A DNA stretch of 63,304 nt, counting the filler, from Craspedostauros australis (taxonomy: Eukaryota), in the NCBI GenBank assembly GCA_030167865.1. It is 8 parts of 8 records of this genome, joined end to end, with 100 filler letters (N's around TTAATTAATTAA, not from the genome) between each part and the next. Parts side by side here need not be neighbours in the genome. Positions count along the whole stretch, not along the records: positions 3,624 to 34,226 come from JALAGF010000913.1; 7 more parts are not named here. The stretch is one strand, 5' to 3'. The translations under genes were made by a program, and so were the position numbers. Numbering within the stretch: the first letter of the stretch is position 1; the number at the start of each line of letters is the position of its first letter. Below are positions 21,768 through 33,079 of this stretch, one piece after another. Below the pieces are notes generated by a model. The model searched no databases and was not told where the DNA came from. It worked only from the letters and a program-made list of their open reading frames with translations.

Positions 21768-23919
21768 ATGAAGATCGGTAGCTTGATCCTTCCGCTCGCC
21801 GTGCTTTCGGCATCCAGCACAGAGGCCTTCTTCGTGCCATCGACGCCCACCTTCGTCCAGAAGTGCAGCAGCGCGACGAGCAGCACCAGCCTCGATGCCT
21901 CCACACTGAAGCGGCTGCCGGAATCCGCCGTCGAGGTCGGCCTGGACGTCCCGGGATCGGCCACGAAGGCGGCCTATGAGAAGGTCTGCGCCGAGCTGTC
22001 CAAAACCGTGCAGATCCCGGGATTCCGCAAGGGCGCCCGCATCCCACCGCAGGTCCTGGAGCAGGCCATGTCTGCCAAGGGCGGACGCACCGCTCTCAAG
22101 GCGCAGGCCATCAACACGCTCTTCTCGCAGCTCATCGAGACGGCCCTCAAGGAGGATCACGGATTGGAACCCATCGGACAGCCCAGCCTCGTCACGCCGG
22201 CCGAGGAGTTGGCCAACAGCTTCGTGCCGGGCGAGGACTTCGCCATCGTCGTGCAGTGCGACGTGTGGCCCGACATCCAGTGGAAGCAGGGCCAGGACAA
22301 GCCCTACGTCGGATTGACCGGTTCCTACAAGCGTGCGCCGTTCGACGAGGCCAAATTCAACAAGGCCCTCACGGATCTGCGGGAACGGTACGCGCAGCTC
22401 GCGCCGATCGATGACAAGTCGCACGAACTCGCCATGGGAGACTCCTGCACGGTCAACATGGATGGGTTCATGGCCACCGACGATGGCGAGAAGGGAGAGC
22501 CGCTGCCCAACGCCGCCAGCGGCGATCAAGTGGAGATCATCATGGGTGAAGGCCGTTACATGAAGGGTCTCGTAGAAGGTTTGGTCGGTGCCAAGGTCGA
22601 TGAGACACGACAGGTCACTGTCACATTCCCAAATGTGAGTTCATGGTGATTGTTGGTGATTGCTGATGCTTTCAGTTTTGTTTGCGATGGTGCTCTGTCA
22701 TGTGGTTGGAGGTCCTCTACCAGTACGGTGTGAAAGGTTGGGATTCATAGGGGAGATCAGTGGTGCACCTCATTCAAATCGACCGTGCGACAAATTGACT
22801 GGAGGCAAAGATCAGCAACTCACACAGTGCTGTCTTCAATCCCTTTCTTCGGTGTTGATGATGTACCAACCCCATATTATTCATGCGATCATCTATCCAA
22901 TGCGCGCATTGCATTGCGCACATCCACAGGCGCTGCGCGACAAGACGCTCGCTGGCAAGAAGGCCATCTTCGACGTCACCGTGCTCGATGCTTCCAAGCG
23001 CACCCTCCCCGAAGTCACGGATGAGTTCGCCGCTGAGGTGCGCGCCGGCTTGACCAAGGAATCCCTCGAGGAGGAGCTGCGAAAGGCCGTCGATTCGGAG
23101 GATGCCAAGGAGTTCGTCCCAGCCCGCAACGCCGCCCTGGCCAAGGCGCTGGCACAGGTCATGGACGTCGAGGTCCCCGACACCCTCGTCACGAACCAGG
23201 CTCGTGACAAGTTCGCCATGATGATGACGGACATGCGTAACAACGGCGTCTCCGATGAGGAGATCAAGAACCAGATCAATCCCGAAAACTTCAGCAAGTA
23301 CAAGAACATCGTCAAGGAGGACATCGTCAACGACTTCAAGGTTTCCATGGCGACAGATGAGATTGCTCGTTTGGAGGGAATTGATGTGCCGGGATACCAG
23401 GTGGAGGAGCAGCTGGAGGCCGTCCGCAACGAGGCCTCGCAGAGCGGGGAGGAATTCGATGAGGCCCAGATCAAGAGCCGCATCGAAGCCACTCTCCAGA
23501 GGCAGCTCGTGATGGACTTTTTGGCCGAGAACTCGGAGCTCCAGATCGAGTTCACCAACGAACACGAATTCAATGAGGAGCTGATGGAGGAACTTGCGCA
23601 GAGTACCATCAAGGCTGCTGAGGAGCGAACTCCGGAAGTGATTGATGCTGTTGTGGAAGAACCAGAAGCTGCGGTTGAGCCTGAGGCCGCCGAGGAACCA
23701 GAAGCTGAGTCAGTCGCGGAGCCAGTCGCGGAGCCAGTCGCAGAGAAGGTTGAAGAGGAGGCAGCACCGGAGCCAGTTGCGGAGCCAGCTGCGGAGAAGG
23801 AAGAAGAACCCGAGCCAGAGGCTGTTGAAGAGAAGGAAGAGGAGGTTGACTTCGCCTCAATGACGTTGGAAGAAAAGGCGTACTACTCTCTGAAGAATGC
23901 TGGTGCGCTCGACAAGTAA
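21768..23919 (+). CDS. tig: Plastid-targeted trigger factor; exons 21768-22634 and 22930-23919
   Basis: IPGFRKG ribosome-binding signature, FKBP-like domain, VTVTFP motif; signal peptide with EA-FFVP cleavage (ASAFAP-like); phase-0 GTGAGT..CAG intron; EPVA-rich tail. Confidence 0.92.
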
Positions 23920-24345
23920 AGAAGGACAGTGCTCACAGGTGCGTACTAGTATAGTATACCCACGAAAAGTGAGCGAGCAAGCAAACAAATAAATACAGAA
24001 ACAAAGCAAATGCGCAAGCAGCGGCATACACAGAGATCAAGGCAGCAAGCAAGCAAATGCATTGTTGGTCACAATCCGGAGAGAGCCGCTCTCCTTTAGC
24101 TGAGACCCTTAGAACATGGAATGGTTGTGCTAGTACTCCATTTTATGACAGTGTTTGATTGAATGAATGGAATGAATTAAAATATGATTGCTTCTGTTTG
24201 ATTTGATTTTGATTTTTGGCTTGTTTGTATGAGGAAAGTCATGAATGAATCTGTTGCGATTTCGCAATGCTGTCGCATGCTCCAATGTTCATGCTGATTG
24301 TATTCGTGTGGTACGATTGTATGGTAGGAAATAGAGCAGAGACTC

Positions 24346-25023
24346 TCATGGATTCAAGTCGGATGCAGCGTCTTCATCCACATCGACATGAGCGGCCAGT
24401 GCTCTGACCTTCTGCACCACATCCCGCATGACGTCGGTCGACGCCAATGTCCCGAGCAACATGCCATCATCGTCGACGACCGGCAGCCGGTGCAGCTGAT
24501 GCGTCGTCATGAGACCGGCCGCGGACTGCAGCGTATCGTGCGGCTTGATCGTCTTGACGTCGGTGGACATGAGGTCCTCCACCTGCCGGGCAATGACCTT
24601 GCGGGCCGCCTGGACCTCCGAGTAGATCTGCGAAATCTCCTTGGGCGACGCGCCATCGCTCGTATCGTCGAACTGTTCCATGATGATGGGCAGTAGGGCG
24701 CCGCCGCTGGCTGCCTCCCTGGGCAGAATGTCGAGCACGGAGACGAATCCCACGAGGAGGTGGTCGTCGTCCACGACCGGCGCGCCCGTGGTGCCATCGA
24801 GCCGAACCAGCTTCTCGACAGCCTCGTCGATGGTGTCCTTGATGTGCAGGGTTTGACGCGGTGTGATGACAGTCATGTAGTCCTCGACGAATCGTTGGAT
24901 GTTCTTCGACGGCGATCCCAGGAAGATGCGTTGGTGACGACCGCCATGCGCCACATAGGCAGTGGTCGAGGCGAGGGCGGCCGCGAATAAGGATGCGCGC
25001 AGGGAGGAGCGAAGGGATGGCAT
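24346..25023 (-). CDS. CBS-pair protein (CBSX-like) with probable signal/plastid presequence
   Basis: VEDYMT, GAPVVDDD.LVGFVS, VEDLMS, LHRLPVVDDDG; ATG at 25023 followed by a hydrophobic leader. Confidence 0.85.
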   Translation of the reverse strand: MPSLRSSLRASLFAAALASTTAYVAHGGRHQRIFLGSPSKNIQRFVEDYMTVITPRQTLHIKDTIDEAVEKLVRLDGTTGAPVVDDDHLLVGFVSVLDILPREAASGGALLPIIMEQFDDTSDGASPKEISQIYSEVQAARKVIARQVEDLMSTDVKTIKPHDTLQSAAGLMTTHQLHRLPVVDDDGMLLGTLASTDVMRDVVQKVRALAAHVDVDEDAASDLNP

Positions 25024-26328
25024 TGTTGCGTTGCGTGGACTGAAGTTGGCTAAAGGTGAGTTGAGATGACCTGAACGATTCGAGTTGTCCTCAATAGATG
25101 ATGACGAAGTGTCGATGGCAAATGTATTAATGCAAACAAACACTCAGTAGATGGAGCTGCAAGGTGCTTGTACAAGTTTTGAGGTCGGATTATGAATGAG
25201 AGCGAAGATTGGTGACGTTTGCAGCGAGTGTGGTGCTGGCGACAGAGTGTGACTGGTGTTGGGGAGCCCGCGAGTGCGAGCCATGGGCGAAGTTGCTCGG
25301 ATGCCGCTTTGGCAGCATCGTTGACAGGCTTGTTCTTTGCGGTCCGCAGAACATTGCGTTTGCTTCCACCATGAAGAGAGACGAGAGGAACGCGAACAAC
25401 GCTCTTCTCGCCAACAACCGCAGCGAAGACGTGGGCGATGACTACACCTACGTATTTGTACTGAGAGTACAGTGACGAGCAGAGAGGCAAGCCACGTGGG
25501 TGCGTTGTCGTCTGGTATCTGTAACCAACCTGCAGCTAACGTGGAGAGAGGACGAATGATCCGCGCCATGGATGCATTCTCGTCAGGTGTCACGTACCTG
25601 GCTTCGAGAACACAATTTCAGCTTCGCTTCGCTTTTCTGATTTCCTTCCGTTCGGTGTCAACGGAATCCAATCGACTGGAACGACCCAGAACACGAACTC
25701 GAAACAATTCCCGCACAAATTCGTGACTCATCATTCCCGTTTACGAACGTGGGTGTTCTTGGATGTATTCGTTCTGTCAGCTCGAGCCAACACAAGAAGA
25801 ATGACGAGAGTGGACAGGCACACCAAGAGCAACCACAATTTCGGCACACGGTCATGTCATGTCCACGATGAGGGAACGGCAATGGACACGCTATGATACG
25901 ACTATCACTATCGTGGTAGTGTGAGAATAAATGGCAACGAGTATCTTTCGGACTTGCAAGTTGGCATTGTTGGGTTTCATCCATCCGTTTCGAGTTTTGG
26001 ATGGCAATTTAATCGATCTCCACGCATGAGAGGAACATCGTGGCAGAAGCATGGTTGCTCCAGTATCATCTCGTGCGATTGCGAGGATGCAGGACGAGAT
26101 AGAATATTCGATGAGGAACGTTGCGTTCTTGACAACCTCGGTCCACAACGACCATGCTCTCGACACAGTCTTCCTTGTCGTGGTCGACGAAGCAACATCG
26201 GAAAGGAAAGCACAGAGTCAGCACATAAAATCAGAACAAGCTCAACGAGATAGGCAGAGACACACAGCTCAAGAGAGAGTAAATCGCACAAACTTCCACA
26301 CCACATACGCTCACAAACGCAATACTCA

Positions 26329-26883
26329 ATGACTTACTACAGTACCATCCATTCGCCCACCTGGCACGAGATCGAGGCGTCACTGAAGCGCATCAAACCT
26401 AAGAAGAACAGGCAGCAGACCTTCAACCGTCAACAAGCCACCAAACAAGAGGCTCCACTTCCCTCATCCAGCAGTTTCGATGTGTGGATTCGCAGGCTCC
26501 AGCAAGCTGGCTACAGCATGCTGGCATTCCATTTGCTGTATTCCACGTACCACCACCAAAGCCCCCTGACGTTCAAGCAGCTATCGGTTCCATTCGAAGG
26601 CATTCCCATGGCGAGCGGTGCTCTGCAATCATTGGAGGTACCGCAATGGGTCGCTTCGATGCGACCGCACTCGGCGTTGCCCAAGCACATGATTTTTCTG
26701 GGCGCCTTTGTTGCCGGTTCAGCCGTGCTGACGCAGTGCAAGATCGCCGTCGGGCCCATGGTGCGCTGCGTGCTGGATGCCAACGTGGTGCCGCACGCCT
26801 TGTGTACAATCATGATTGCCACGCCCTTGGTGCTATGGCAGATGGTTCGGGGGCGGCCCATGTATCAGGAAAATCGATGGTAG
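26329..26883 (+). CDS. Hypothetical membrane protein, 184 aa
   Basis: ATG ORF with gene-like codon usage and 2-3 hydrophobic segments; no family recognised. Confidence 0.5.
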   Translation: MTYYSTIHSPTWHEIEASLKRIKPKKNRQQTFNRQQATKQEAPLPSSSSFDVWIRRLQQAGYSMLAFHLLYSTYHHQSPLTFKQLSVPFEGIPMASGALQSLEVPQWVASMRPHSALPKHMIFLGAFVAGSAVLTQCKIAVGPMVRCVLDANVVPHALCTIMIATPLVLWQMVRGRPMYQENRW

Positions 26884-27215
26884 GGAGGTATTACATGTTG
26901 GAAAGTAAAAGCACATCCGGCACAGTGAAGGGTGAAGAAGATTGGTTATTGGACGTTGCAGGAAGTCATCGATTGTACTCAATTCAATCCAACCCAATCA
27001 TATTAAAGTCTGCAAAATGGTATTCCAAATGACATTGCTCTCTCTCTATAGTAGTTCAGTTGACTTTCACCACATTGTCATTTCTATTGCGAATTATGGC
27101 GCTGGGCTCTGCTCTAACACATGTGTGTATGTACATCACAGAGCACCGCTGTTTGTATCCAGCATACACGTAGTATTCCCTTACTCTGCATGCTGTACTA
27201 CCATCACACCAGCTT

Positions 27216-28037
27216 TTACAGCTCCGGCTTGGTGAAAAGCGACAGCCGACCCTTGACCCATTCCTCGATTGTGGAATGGCCGCCACCCTCGCCGCCGACG
27301 TACTTGGGCACGCTGTGCGCTGGCATGGCCTTCTTGGCATCCTCGATGGTAACGAACTGGATACGATCCAGAATCTTCTGCTTCGTGAAGACGCTGGCCA
27401 CCTTGATGGTGGTGTTGATGATGACGCGCATGACGCCGCTGGCACCAGCGATACGGATGGCCTGCGGTCGCAGCGGGAAGGACTGGTAGATCTTCTGCAT
27501 CTTCTTTTCGTTGCCGATCTTGGGGCCTTCCGGTTTCTGGGATGAGTCGATGACGAACGTGATGCCGTTCTTCAATGATTTGTGATCGGCATGCACGGCC
27601 ATGAAGAACATGAGGGCGGCCTGCACGTGGTGGCGCTCCTCGTCGAGGGGGACCTTGTTGCCGCCCTTGATCCACAGCACGGACAGGCCGTTGTTGTCGA
27701 CGCCGGCTGGTTTGTAGGGGTAGAGCTGGTAGGCCGCTTCCGGCTTCCACAGGTCGTCGTCGATGCCCTCCGGCACGCCGCAGTCCGCCATGATGTCGAG
27801 CAGCTTCTTGTACTTCTTCGTGGCCTCCTCGACGCGCAGCTTGCTGTTGATGGTGTTCATGGCGAGGAAGCAGAGTCCGATGCGGGATTCCTCCACGCCG
27901 TGCTCCTCCATCAGGGCCGCCTTGACCTTGCGCATGGCCTCGAGCTCCTCCTCGGTGTACGTGATCAGCTGGAAGGCCTCGCTCTTTTCGTAAGGAACGC
28001 TGGTGGCATCGTCTGTCTTTGTCGTTGGTCCGCACAT
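27216..28037 (-). CDS. CRAL-TRIO (Sec14-like) lipid-binding domain protein
   Basis: GVDNNG, GITFVID, FPLRPQAIRI, KILDRIQF, VPKYVGG; strong GC3 bias. Confidence 0.85.
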   Translation of the reverse strand: MCGPTTKTDDATSVPYEKSEAFQLITYTEEELEAMRKVKAALMEEHGVEESRIGLCFLAMNTINSKLRVEEATKKYKKLLDIMADCGVPEGIDDDLWKPEAAYQLYPYKPAGVDNNGLSVLWIKGGNKVPLDEERHHVQAALMFFMAVHADHKSLKNGITFVIDSSQKPEGPKIGNEKKMQKIYQSFPLRPQAIRIAGASGVMRVIINTTIKVASVFTKQKILDRIQFVTIEDAKKAMPAHSVPKYVGGEGGGHSTIEEWVKGRLSLFTKPEL

Positions 28038-28924
28038 CTTGCTTCTATAATACGTTGGTTCTATTCTGTTATGCTTGGATGGTGTGATGAATGTGTGGGT
28101 ATTCTATTGGTCTCTTCGAGAATTGTGTGCAAAAGGAATGGATGAACAGAGGAATGGAGGAATCGACGGAGAAACGCGTTGTTGCTTGATGGATGAAAAG
28201 AGTTCTTTCGTTTGGAATTTATGAGGTCATGGAACACGTTGCGCACAAAAGCGATGACGATGCCATCGTTCTTTGGTGCGTTGTAGGTAATTGTAACCGG
28301 TGATGGTATGATGTCAGTCGTTTTCGACGATGTGGCATCTCCCAATCACACGTCACAATAAGGCTACTCATGTCTCATGCGACGCGGATAGACCACAAAA
28401 GGGTTTAGTGACATTGCCCACCACGTGTTTTTCGTTGACGTGGAGGAAATGTACTCTTTTGCAGGCCCATCTTGGACGAAGTGAGATTCGACCAGATCCA
28501 GCCAAAACTGTATGGAGGGTTGTAGGTACGCACTCCTCCTATGTAGGTACCTACGTCCATGCATTTCGCCTTGTGCCAGTGTCGACCGACGAAGTGTGGA
28601 TGGATCGATGGATCGATTTCTGCAATGCCGAATTGATTCATCGATGCCGCTCCTGTTCGCAATAATGGATGAGTCAGCCCTCTTGCTTGAAGGATGCTCG
28701 CCATCCACATCATATGTTCTATTGATGCATTCATTGAGATGTCTGAAGATACGAGTTTGTACTTGGAGGAACAGAATATCTGTGGAGAGAAGATGCCGTA
28801 CCTAGAATCAGGGAATAGCAAATAATTTGTTGAGATTCCAAGAGCAGGAGTACAGGCTGGCTGTAGAGATCATGCTGTCGTACTCTACTCCGTGGTACAC
28901 CACGCCACACCATCCCACACAATC

Positions 28925-29968
28925 CTATCTATTTCTGTCGTCACCACCCGTCGCATCGTCACCTTCGCCCTTCACACGACGCTTGTACTCCGCGGCCGTC
29001 TCTCGATTCGGCATGCCCCAAATGCCAACGCGTTTGCGCCGAGCCTGCTGCTCCATGTACAGATACATGGCCTTGCCTTCGGGGCCGTAGACGGCACCTT
29101 GACCTTGGTACACTTCCGCCAATCCCTTGCGCAGCATGTAGGCATCCATGTGGATGCGCTGACCGCGCCATCCCTTGATCCATACCTGTCCCACGGCGCG
29201 ACCGTACTGATCCTTGCGCAGCAACCGCACGTAGACCTTGCTGTGGCCCAACATATTCTGCAGGGCCATCTTGGCCTCGGGTCCGAAGGGTTGTCCGGGT
29301 TTGCCGAACTTGGCCGTTTCGGGCGCATCGATCGTGCAGAGACGTATCGGTATGGTCTGCGATGTGAGGCTGATCTGTTTCGGCACGCGCTGCCACGGCA
29401 ACGGCGTGTGGTACAGCCGAATCGTGTCGCCGTCCGTGATGGAAGCCGCACGTCCCGCCAGGACGGTGCCGAATCGTTTGCTGGGCACGTCGGAGATGGA
29501 TCGGTACGATCTCCAGAATGGTTCCAAACCGCCGAGCCAGAGACCGATGAGGAAGGCCACGACGACGAGCACGCGCTGCGCCGGCGTCAGGTCGTGGACG
29601 GCCGTCATCGTTGTGTACATGGCGAGCTGGACGTAGGGGAGGATGCGGTCCTTCCAGATGGGGTATTTGTCGAACATGGCGGATGCATACTGCAGCGCGG
29701 ATTGCAACGATGCCTGTGCCATCTGCAATTTCGTCAGCTCCTGTTGGCCGCCACGCAAATGCGCCACCGTCCTCGCGGATGGTGACGAAAACAGAAGATC
29801 CGATATTCCTGCGCAAACTTGAGACTGCGGTGACGATGACGATGCTGCTGATGACGGAGCAGTCGTTGTTTTCGTTGGTGTTGCTGCTGCGACAGTTGTC
29901 GCTGTGACAGCCACCGCCGTTTCGACCAGCGCCAACGAGATCAGCGACCAGATGAATGCAATCACCAT
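28925..29968 (-). CDS. Staphylococcal nuclease (thermonuclease/LCL3-like) with N-terminal signal peptide and TM segment (start 29968 or 29998)
   Basis: DGDTIRL, IRLCTIDAPE, QPFG.EA, DQYGR, GLAEVY, GIWG. Confidence 0.88.
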   Translation of the reverse strand: MVIAFIWSLISLALVETAVAVTATTVAAATPTKTTTAPSSAASSSSPQSQVCAGISDLLFSSPSARTVAHLRGGQQELTKLQMAQASLQSALQYASAMFDKYPIWKDRILPYVQLAMYTTMTAVHDLTPAQRVLVVVAFLIGLWLGGLEPFWRSYRSISDVPSKRFGTVLAGRAASITDGDTIRLYHTPLPWQRVPKQISLTSQTIPIRLCTIDAPETAKFGKPGQPFGPEAKMALQNMLGHSKVYVRLLRKDQYGRAVGQVWIKGWRGQRIHMDAYMLRKGLAEVYQGQGAVYGPEGKAMYLYMEQQARRKRVGIWGMPNRETAAEYKRRVKGEGDDATGGDDRNR

Positions 29969-30489
29969 GGATCCTGGCTTTCTATGAAGGCTTGGCATCC
30001 TGTGCGTCCTGTGCGTCCTGTGCGTACTGAAGGAGAGTATTAGAGAAGTGTGTTTGGATGGTACAGGAATGTTCTGTTCCACTGTTTCCTCCTTCATTCA
30101 CCGATACATCAATGAACCGCGGAGTGACTTGTGTGTGTGATGGATGGATCGATGGATGGATCGATGGATCGATGGATGGATCGAATGAATGATACTGACA
30201 TGAAATTAGAGGCACCATGTTGCAGTGGGGATCTTGTGTGTTTGTGGTGGTGGTTGGCGGGTTTGGTTTTGAATTCAAGTCTGATTCACGAATGAGACGA
30301 ATCACGCTCAAACACATGACTTGATTCTGACGTCAATCACGAACATATTCTGCATTCGAAGAAGAATGAGCGATGCGTGGACACCCACCGTCATCACAAC
30401 GCATTGCTCAACACCAATGCCCATACAACTTCGAGAGTCGTCGACGGAACGAAGGTCCTACTCGTACGTGCAAGTACTCGTGCGACACC

Positions 30490-31341
30490 ATGGCAACGCA
30501 GTGCAAGACGAATGAGACCGGCAGCAGCGGGAACGCAATTGCCAATAATGCTACTCGTACTCCGACCACATTGACAAAAGCGCCATCATCGGATTGGCTG
30601 CAACTCGCCATCGCAGGATGCATCGGCGGCGCGACGGCCGGCGTCGTCGCCGATGGAGTTCTGTACGCCGTCGACAGCGCCAAAGTGCAGGCGCAGAGCA
30701 AGGCCCAATTCGCGCCGCGCATGCTGCTGCGAGGACTCGTGCCGTCGCTGGCCTTTGGCACGGTGCCGTCGTTCGGCGTCTTCTTCTTCCTCTACGCGCC
30801 GCTGCGCGATGTCAGTCCACTGGCATCGGCCGCCTGCGCCATTCCAGCCACGTTGGTGGGCATTCCGGCCGACGTCATCAAGAAACGATTGGTGCTGGGC
30901 CTCGATGCATCCGTCACGGCCGCCGCACGCCACGCGATACAGCAGACCGGGTTGTTCGCTGGTTGGCACGTCAACTTAGTGCGCGATATTCCGTTCGCCG
31001 TCATCAAACTGTCGTTCTACGAGACGCTGGCGCGGCAATATCGTGCTTGGTACCAGCAGACGGTCATATCCGCGACGGGCGCGAGTATCTGTGGCATCGT
31101 GTCGGGTGTGGGCTGCGCAATCGTCACGTGTCCCCTCGATGTCATCAATACGCGCATCAAATCGGGTGATGCGCAGACCACATCCATTCGCAAGGCCGCG
31201 GCGCAGCTGATCCGCAGCGAGGGCGTCAGTTCTCTGTTTCGCGGTGTGGCATTGCGGTCGCTCATCATGGGCGTTGGCAGTTCCATCTTTTGGCCCATCC
31301 AGACGTACGTGTCGCAAGCGATATACGTGCCGCCAAGGTGA
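30490..31341 (+). CDS. Mitochondrial carrier family protein (possibly S-adenosylmethionine carrier-like)
   Basis: PxDxxK-type repeats (AVDSAK, PADVIKKR, PLDVINTR) and RDIPF. Confidence 0.85.
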   Translation: MATQCKTNETGSSGNAIANNATRTPTTLTKAPSSDWLQLAIAGCIGGATAGVVADGVLYAVDSAKVQAQSKAQFAPRMLLRGLVPSLAFGTVPSFGVFFFLYAPLRDVSPLASAACAIPATLVGIPADVIKKRLVLGLDASVTAAARHAIQQTGLFAGWHVNLVRDIPFAVIKLSFYETLARQYRAWYQQTVISATGASICGIVSGVGCAIVTCPLDVINTRIKSGDAQTTSIRKAAAQLIRSEGVSSLFRGVALRSLIMGVGSSIFWPIQTYVSQAIYVPPR

Positions 31342-32437
31342 GATATGATCTTGATGATGACACACGTCGAGCACATTGTGGTGCGGCATTCTACTCTGGT
31401 GCACACCAGTCGTTCGGGCACGCATGCATACCAATGGTGCTGCAGGGACTGTGGTATCCATACCAACGCTATGATATGGTGTGATATGATATGAGTACCA
31501 CAGTGCAGAGATGTGGGCGCCTCTATGGAAACGTCTGAATTCTTATGCACGCGATTTGAATGCCGGCTGTGAAGCTCTCGAATTGGTTCGCCGAGAGACA
31601 GAGTGCCATGCTGCGGATAGAGGCTGCTTCGTAGAGTCCCATTCAGCGCAGGGTGTGCCATGTAGCAACAGCCAATGACATTCGAATGGAGAGGATCGAC
31701 GGGACCCTCGTCGAATAGACGGAATGGATTGCATTTTTGCAGCCTACGGCAACTTGGCACATCGTCATTGCGAGGCAATGGGACCTACGAGTCTGAACCC
31801 AGATATTCAGCGTCACCTTGCTCCATCCATGATGTTGCGATTGAACTTGGACTGCAACCACCATCGATTGTCTTCGCAATCCTAAATCCACTTCGACTAC
31901 TAGTATGCCGGTTGCAAGTCGTTTTTTCACTGCCGACGATTTTGGTTCCAGAGACGATCGTTGTCGCCGCACATGGTTGAAGTAAAAGGGATTTAATCAT
32001 GCTGTTGATCCAATCATAGTACTAGTACGCACCGTTGTCGGTTCCATACTCGCCCGGTTTACTCTTTTTCTGTAACTAACTATGCAACATAACAATTGTG
32101 TGTGTAATGTGGCCGTGTTACTATATGATACATTCAGCGTGATCACACTTCGGATTGCATACTCGCATGATGGAAGATACGTCGAGTACTCGAGCTCATG
32201 GGCTTTTCGTTGCTGCGCTTGGCCATCTCAATCCGTGCCACAGATGCACGCGCGCTTGACAATGACGATGCTGTCATCTGAGAAGCACAACATAGGGCAT
32301 CGATGATACGTGCAACTGGAGCTGCGATGATCTCTCACATGGTGACTCATCCAATTCCAGAACACACTTGAGATTCTCAAGCCATCGATCCTCAATGCGG
32401 CATTGTAGGTCCTCGTTCATCTTGGTCTTGAATATGG

Positions 32438-33079
32438 CTATGAGCATGACAACTGCAACAGAGCCTCCACACCTTCCATGATCTTCTTGACGGTGACTTG
32501 CGACGACCAGAACACGACCAACGCACCCGTGCTGGCCTGCGGGTTGACCAGACCCCACTTGGAGAGCTTCATGCCGACCCCGATGATGGAGATTGGGAAC
32601 ATGAAGGCCTTGTTCCACGTCGACACCAACCCGTAGGCCTCGTCTTCCGAAACGACGACCTTGGAGCTGCTGGGCAGCCTGGACCCGTCCAACCGCATGA
32701 TGGCGATGCCGTAGTACACGAAGAAGACGAGACCCGTCACGGCGTAGTTGGCATTGCGCACGATCCTCTGCACCAAAGCGATCTTGCGCTTGCGATCGGC
32801 GTAGATGGTCTCGAGCTCCTTTTCGGCGGCCAGCACCTGGCGCTCCAGCTTGGACGTCTCGACGAAGGCGGACGGACCCAGCTTGCGCTTCAGCGTCGTC
32901 TCGTACTGCAGCGCGTAGAGCTTGCGTTCCTGGTTCTTCAACGTGGAGGACCGGATCTGGACGGACCAGACCACGAGGCGGCGGATCAGCTCCCACGCGG
33001 CACCCACGAACAGCAGGATCATCATGTCGGTCGTTCGCAGTTCGTCGACCGGTATTTCTGGATGTGGAATCAAGCCCAT
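32438..33079 (-). CDS. Get1/WRB-like tail-anchored protein insertase subunit
   Basis: TM, coiled coil (PSAFVETSKLERQ), two further TMs ending GALVVFW; size and topology fit Get1/WRB. Confidence 0.55.
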   Translation of the reverse strand: MGLIPHPEIPVDELRTTDMMILLFVGAAWELIRRLVVWSVQIRSSTLKNQERKLYALQYETTLKRKLGPSAFVETSKLERQVLAAEKELETIYADRKRKIALVQRIVRNANYAVTGLVFFVYYGIAIMRLDGSRLPSSSKVVVSEDEAYGLVSTWNKAFMFPISIIGVGMKLSKWGLVNPQASTGALVVFWSSQVTVKKIMEGVEALLQLSCS

